Below, one piece after another: positions 60,001 to 64,000 of a stretch of 64,000 nt of DNA (within the stretch, counting starts at the first letter, position 1; each line of letters begins with the position of its first letter). The stretch comes from Hydrolagus affinis. Lineage: Eukaryota. The stretch lies in assembly GCA_012026655.1 (NCBI GenBank), contig JAAILG010001591.1, positions 1-64,000 of the forward strand, written 5' to 3'. The translations under genes were made by a program, and so were the position numbers. Below the pieces are notes generated by a model. That model saw nothing but the letters and a program-made list of their open reading frames with translations, was not told where the DNA came from and searched no databases.

Positions 60001-61642
60001 CCCCTTGCTAAGGCTCTTAAATTCACCAATAACTTTCAGTTTCATACTTTATGGTACATCATGAAAAGCTTTTTGGGACAGATGTGCATCAATTATTAGG
60101 ATTATTTTGAATTGACAATCTCGAATCATAGACTCAATGCCCAGCGGAAATAATTAGTCCTCATCTACTCTAGGAAAATCCCTTCTGCCTTTAAAGACCT
60201 TTATCAGGTCCCTCCTCAACCTTTTTGTTCCACTGAAAAAAAGAACAAGTTCCTCTCATCTCTGCTCATAGGACAAACCATTTATCCCGGTATTATCCTA
60301 TTAAATCTCTTCTCCACTTTCTATGGCTCTTTCCAGAAGTAGGTTTCCTGACTGAGCCTGGACCCAATACTGTACCTGCAGTTTATTTAATGATTTACAC
60401 AGGTTAAGCATCACCTCTTTGGTTTTATTTAGCACTAGGCATACAAACCGGAAGCTCGCATGTTGAACAAACTGTATTTGCTGAGTTATTGGGGAACTCA
60501 AGTGGCCTCAGAGGCGCGGGGCAAAGGAGAAGAGGAATAAAGGAGAAAAAGCAAGGCTGGGTTGTAAGGTGTAGCTGCAAAGTGCACAGATGTGAATGTC
60601 AGCTAAGCACAGGATGGATTTAAAATACGATGTCCCCTTCTACTGATGGGACTCCAATGAAATTTGGCCACTTGAGCCAATTAGCGAAGGACTAATGTCT
60701 GTGTAACATCTGTGGAACCATATACTGTACCAACAAATACCAATAAATAAAGATAAACACCATCAGGTTCTGGGTTCCAATGATGTTTAAGTCGGATATG
60801 GGACCTATCTGAGCTTGGAAATTTGTTTATGCATACTTAGGACTACAGTATTATGTAAAATACAACTCACTAAAACTTCATATACACTACACTCCACCCA
60901 TTACAGCCAATGTTAAGAGAATCAGCCTTGGAGCTGACACTTTATTATACAGTACTTTAAATTCACAGATGGCGAGAAAATAGCCCAATTTCTCTGCAAC
61001 ACTATAAAGAGATGCCTTGCAATGCTGAGGGAGCTCAGAAAACATCAAACCATCAATAAAATCTGCATCAATCAACACCGACGATCATTTATACAGCACC
61101 CTTTACGTAGAATAACCTCCAGGAGCACTTTCGAGTAGTGGGGATGGAGCTAAGGGGGGAAAGTGACCATAGGTGTGATCAAAGAGGTTTTACAGGGGAC
61201 CTTGACATCCAATAGAAAGGTGCCAAGACAGAGAGATAGAGGGAAGGATCTCTAGAGGGTAAGGCCATAGAATCGAAAGCTCAGCCACTTATACTGACAT
61301 AGGTAGGGCAGAGAGTGGGAATAAAGAATAAGGGTTGTGGGAAGTAAAAAGATCAATTAAAGTCAACATATGAATCCAAATGGTTTCAAAACGCAGCACA
61401 CCCAGATATTTGATTGCACAAGAGATTGGCATTGTAATATACGATGCAAGTTTTTTTTAATGGTTTATGCAAAATAGATTTACAGCATCATGTTTTTCAC
61501 TCAATTAAATACAATATAAATAATTTACTTACGAAAATAAATCAAACCACTGCTGCTTTGTTACAGATTCCTGTCGTAACAGCTTTAGAACAATAGGGCG
61601 CATCAAATCCCATTTGTCTTCAAATTGGAGGGAACCTTTATT
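35868..61642 (-). CDS. CUL5: Cullin-5, exons 2-19 (exon 1 is outside the window)
   Basis: Spliced translation is nearly identical to vertebrate CUL5 from NKGSLQFEDKWD to DINTFIYMA*, including the neddylation-site region IMKMRKK; all introns GT-AG. Confidence 0.98.
37541..37664 (-). CDS. CUL5: CUL5 exon 18 (124 bp)
   Basis: KNSKVQKRGKINLIGRLQLTTERMREEENEGIVQLRILRTQ. Confidence 0.96.
37735..38302 (+). mobile_element. CR1 LINE 3' fragment
   Basis: LGLYSFEFRRLRVNLVEVFKMIKGFGRV; tail GGCTCGAAGGGCCGAATAGCCTACTCCTGTTCCTATGTT. Confidence 0.85.
38610..38790. repeat. AT-rich low-complexity tract
   Basis: Almost entirely A/T, with repeated TATTAATA/AATTAAT words. Confidence 0.7.
39442..39560 (-). CDS. 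CUL5: CUL5 exon 17 (119 bp)
   Basis: SLVAFPKLKRQVLLYEPQVNSPKDFTEGTLFSVNQDFSL. Confidence 0.96.
39962..41150 (-). mobile_element. L2 LINE remnant, apparently internally deleted
   Basis: IINHSLSIGTVPTSLKT..ITP..PISNLPF (pre-RT region) joined to SLASFKCRLKTLLF and the (GTT)n tail. Confidence 0.75.
41189..41350 (-). CDS. CUL5: CUL5 exon 16 (162 bp)
   Basis: ITFKNEVGQYDLEVTTFQLAVLFAWNQRPREKISFENLKLATELPDAELRRTLW. Confidence 0.96.
42824..42999 (-). CDS. CUL5: CUL5 exon 15 (176 bp)
   Basis: ADSVNIKILNAGAWSRSSEKVFVSLPTELEDLIPEVEEFYKKNHSGRKLHWHHLMSNGI. Confidence 0.96.
43762..43990. repeat. G-rich imperfect tandem repeat (GTGACTGGTGGGGG / GGTGTTGGGAGGTGGCT units)
   Basis: Direct reading; many G-runs of 3 or more on the + strand. 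Confidence 0.85.
44398..44521 (-). CDS. CUL5: CUL5 exon 14 (124 bp)
   Basis: EVGMPADYVNKLARMFQDIKVSEDLNQAFKEMHKNNKLALP. Confidence 0.96.
45002..45133 (-). CDS. CUL5: CUL5 exon 13 (132 bp)
   Basis: LLVLKYVQNKDVFMRYHKAHLTRRLILDISADSEIEENMVEWLR. Confidence 0.96.
46195..46327 (-). CDS. CUL5: CUL5 exon 12 (133 bp)
   Basis: VGLKTQPESKCPELLANYCDMLLRKTPLSKKLASEEIEAKLKEV. Confidence 0.96.
47061..47125 (-). CDS. CUL5: CUL5 exon 11 (65 bp)
   Basis: AYKAVVNDATIFKLELPLKQKG. Confidence 0.96.
47548..47655 (-). CDS. CUL5: CUL5 exon 10 (108 bp)
   Basis: DSEKYVEQLLTLFNRFSKLVKEAFQDDPRFLTARDK. Confidence 0.96.
48135..48283 (+). mobile_element. tRNA/Deu SINE, 3' half (further fragments near 34250-34405, 36330-36430, 38785-38920, 43220-43325, 47220-47330, 52040-52180)
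   Basis: Core and (ATT)n tail. Confidence 0.75.
48415..48850 (-). mobile_element. L2 LINE 3' fragment
   Basis: Aligns with the 58320-58860 and 21400-21850 copies. Confidence 0.78.
49130..49716 (+). mobile_element. Degenerate CR1 3' fragment
   Basis: Diverged similarity to the 9699 and 37735 copies; tail GATGGACCAAATAGCCTCCTTCTGCGCTGTAGATTTCTA. Confidence 0.6.
50135..50265 (-). CDS. CUL5: CUL5 exon 9 (131 bp)
   Basis: KLHLMFTLMDKVPNGIEPMLKDLEEHIISAGLADMVAAAETITT. Confidence 0.96.
50552..50691 (-). mobile_element. Second, older copy of the same PLE terminal repeat with a degenerate hammerhead
   Basis: Reverse complement aligns to 62040-62177; core reads TTTATGA..GAAATGTT instead of CTGACGA..GAAACGTT. 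Confidence 0.75.
51502..51595 (-). CDS. CUL5: CUL5 exon 8 (94 bp)
   Basis: LMECCVNALVTSFKETILAECPGMIKRNETD. Confidence 0.96.
52964..53044 (-). CDS. CUL5: CUL5 exon 7 (81 bp)
   Basis: ADAKLKEEEKRALRYLETRRECNSVQA. Confidence 0.96.
53649..53794 (-). CDS. CUL5: CUL5 exon 6 (146 bp)
   Basis: VNLCSNPEDKLQIYRDNFEKAYLDSTERFYRTQAPSYLQQNGVQNYMKY. Confidence 0.96.
54715..55088. mobile_element. MITE family A, copy 2 (opposite orientation to copy 1)
   Basis: Same TIRs and TA flanks; interior is the reverse complement of 1655-2014. Confidence 0.85.
55608..55749 (-). CDS. CUL5: CUL5 exon 5 (142 bp)
   Basis: LMLDTWNESIFSNIKNRLQDSAMKLVHAERLGEAFDSQLVIGVRESY. Confidence 0.96.
56898..57074 (-). CDS. CUL5: CUL5 exon 4 (177 bp)
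   Basis: RVLSHQDDTALLKAYIAEWRKFFTQCDILPKPF...EDSIVRK. Confidence 0.96.
57717..57949. mobile_element. Tigger/pogo-like MITE (family B)
   Basis: ta|CAGGTATCCCCAGATTTACGAC...GTCATTAATCCGGGGATTCCTG|ta; 22-bp imperfect TIR with TA flanks. Confidence 0.72.
58320..59025 (-). mobile_element. L2 LINE 3' portion
   Basis: LGVLFDRELSFLPHI..AFHHLRNIA, FVTSRLEYGYSLLVGLP..LQIIQNSAA, RIEFKILVLTFKALHGL, with frameshifts. Confidence 0.88.
59463..59562 (-). CDS. CUL5: CUL5 exon 3 (100 bp)
   Basis: DVHAVCLWDDKGPAKIHQALKEDILDFIKQAQA. Confidence 0.96.
59825..60430 (-). mobile_element. Degenerate CR1 3' fragment
   Basis: Reverse tail TTTACAGCACAGAAAGCCATTCAGCCCAT; ORF2-like KTKEVMLNLCKSL..QYWVQ. Confidence 0.6.
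61533..61642 (-). CDS. CUL5: CUL5 exon 2 (110 bp)
   Basis: NKGSLQFEDKWDLMRPIVLKLLRQESVTKQQWFDLFS. Confidence 0.96.
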
Positions 61643-61982
61643 CTGAAAGAAATTGATACAAAATAGTGATATAGTTGACAACAAAAGGATTCCAAAAGAT
61701 GTACTTTTCATTAATTGAAAATGTCTCGCATCGAGTCACCTTTTCATCCACAATGCCAATTTCCCTAAATTTCTGCTCCCCCTCAGGAGTTAACACTTCC
61801 TCACACCCACGTTACTGAAATAATCTGTTAACCCCTCTTCAGATCAATTGTTTAGTGGTTTATTCTGCACATGTAGAAACATGAATATTCAGAAGAAATA
61901 AGAAAAGCATTGGAGACCATGGGATATCTTGTGAATTACCAATGAGTGAATACACTCATTCAGGCACAACCTTCAAACAAGT

Positions 61983-62177
61983 ACAAGAAGTTGCTGGGAA
62001 AACTCAGCAGGTCAGGCAGCATCCATGGAGAAAGGAAAGTGAGTTCTGACGAAGGGTCGTGGACCCGAAACGTTGACTCACTTTCCTTTCTCCATGGATG
62101 TTGCCTGACCTGCTGAGTTTTCCCAGCAACTTCTGTTTTTGTTTCAGATTTCCAGCATTTGTAGTATTTTGTGTTTT
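61983..62177 (+). mobile_element. Penelope-like element (PLE) terminal-repeat insertion with inverted 5' end and 12-bp target-site duplication
   Basis: Direct repeat CTTCAAACAAGT at 61971-61982 and 62178-62189; 59-bp inverted repeat 61986-62044 / 62076-62134; sequence resembles the chondrichthyan PLE terminal repeat (recognised by eye, not by database search). Confidence 0.8.
62040..62080 (+). ncRNA. Minimal type I hammerhead ribozyme motif
   Basis: Stem I TGAGTT/GACTCA; core CTGACGA 62046-62052 plus an extra A; stem II GGGTC-gtg-GACCC; GAAA 62067-62070; palindromic stem III AACGTT; GUU cleavage triplet 62072-62074. Confidence 0.72.
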
Positions 62178-64000
62178 CTTCAAACAAGTGTTTGTTTCAA
62201 GATCTGAAGGCAAATGAAAACACCAAAGTATCTCAAACATTCGTTTGACAATAAAACATGCAACAACATATAAACGCAATTGTTGTATAATCCGAATCAA
62301 GTCACATACTAGCTTTAAAAAAAGATGAGGCATACCTCCTATTGAGAAGTAAGAAAAAGGAGACCATTTAAAATTAGTTCATACTTTAATAAGGAATCCT
62401 GGGTTCTGGGGTTATGACAAAATACAGTCATTCCACTTTACAATGTGTCCTGTAAAACACTTTGACAGCTTGTTTAACGGACATTAACCGCTGGATCAGT
62501 GCAAATTTCCTGCAGCTGAATTTTGGCAAGATGGAAGCCATATTTTTTGGCTCCCATCAACGCCTTCTCTCCACAGAGAGAGAAGCTCTCCACCTGGCGT
62601 GAAGTGCACTATATAAATGCAAGTTGACCCTGCTGGTCAAGGCCAACATTTGTTTTTAAGCGCTCTGACACTACCCTGCATGAGGGCGCAATATAAATGC
62701 AAGTTGTTATTGTTGTATAACCTTGTAAACTAATGAATTGCTACTGTGAACCTAAGCCATACAGATCTGAAAGGTTGTAAGTTAGATCTCCCAATCTGTA
62801 AATTAGATCTCCCAATCAACTCAGAAAAAGGAATTTCAGCCAGGACGGCAGATAAAGGTGTGACATAGCTTAATCAGGGGAACCAACCATAGAAATTCAC
62901 CTTTACAATCTCATAGCAGTTTCCAAAGTTATTTCAAGCTACACATCTCTCTAATTTTGTGAAGTTATAAACAAAAGCACGGAAATTTAGAATGAACAGT
63001 TCATCAGCCATTTGAGAACACATGTCTGAGCTGGCCACAATGATCCCCTGCCAAACAGTTACAATTGTCTGACCTTGAACAATGTAGATGAGGTGTTTCC
63101 ATTTTGAACAAAAATCAATTTACAGTACAGTACCATGTTATTTAACCATAAAGTATTATAAGTTTTAACAGTACACAATATAAAGAGGTTATAGAGCACT
63201 GACATGGACACAGAATATTTTATGAAACTGCAGAACTCTTGCCAACGCCTGCATCTTTCAGTTCCACCATATACTGTACGACCAGAGGAATTCTCACAGA
63301 CTGACTGACCTTCAGATTTTCACTTTGAGCATCAGACAGATATTCTGTTGTACTGCATTGTTCATGTGGAATTTAAGCAACAGGTGTGAGGAGCTTCCCA
63401 ATCAACTTTGCTCACAGCTGCTATCCTATTCATCACAGGCAGCTGCAGTAACAAGTGTGTTATAAACTGACTGGAGCTTTACAGACCACATGCAAACAAA
63501 CCCTGAATCTTTCTAATCGCTGTATGGAATTTGAGGAAGCTTTAGGAATAAATATCTTGAAAATCGTAAATTAAGCCTTATTATCTAACTTGGGTGACTC
63601 ATCAAATGGGTGGTAAAGGAGAGAATTACTAGGTTCTCTCCGAAGACAATTTGTATCTGTTCATTTTCTGTTGCTCAACCGGGTGACTGACACATCTAAA
63701 AACCCATCTCCATACTTAAGAATATCCAAATCAAGATGAGATTTCCATTCATCCCATCTACACATGGAAATACCGGAGACAGATTGTTGGAATGGCATAC
63801 ACACTCTCTCCCTGGATCACAGGAATGAGGATCACAGAAATGGAAACCAGTGCAGGAGGCTATTCGCCTTATCTATTCTAAACTTGTACTAACTCATCCA
63901 CGGCTGTTTACTGCTCTAATCTCAATTCCTTGTTCTTGCACTTTTCCCTTCTAACTCTATGGTGGTCTTGGTAGTCTAGACGGGTCAGCAGTATTCCATA

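Noticed and set aside
61941-61960. 8-bp hairpin AATGAGTG-aata-CACTCATT beside the PLE insertion
   Set aside because: Lies outside the TSD and is short enough to be chance; no link to the element can be shown.

Overview
Vertebrate genomic DNA, most likely a cartilaginous fish (inferred from its repeat families: Deu-domain SINEs with L2 tails, CR1, Penelope-type terminal repeats). It holds three spliced genes in the conserved CUL5-ACAT1-NPAT block. NPAT: 3' part, + strand, 12 coding exons, 733-16395. ACAT1 (mitochondrial acetoacetyl-CoA thiolase): - strand, exons 2-12, 27812-19379; exon 1 probably lies in the N-gap next to a CCAAT/GC-box promoter. CUL5: - strand, exons 2-19, 61642-35868; exon 1 lies beyond the window. 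Exon boundaries were read by hand from GT-AG sites and frame continuity; exon numbers are by analogy to the human genes. Main observations: (1) a 195-bp, TSD-flanked Penelope-type insertion in CUL5 intron 1 folds into a hammerhead ribozyme whose stem I is extended to about 60 bp by an inverted repeat, and a second copy in intron 8 has a mutated core; (2) a tandem, frame-preserving duplication of one NPAT coding exon; (3) a TA-flanked MITE family carrying NRF1-like motifs and a 20-bp palindrome; (4) a palindrome-containing minisatellite and several intronic inverted repeats. Most ORFs in the supplied track are spurious or repeat-derived.
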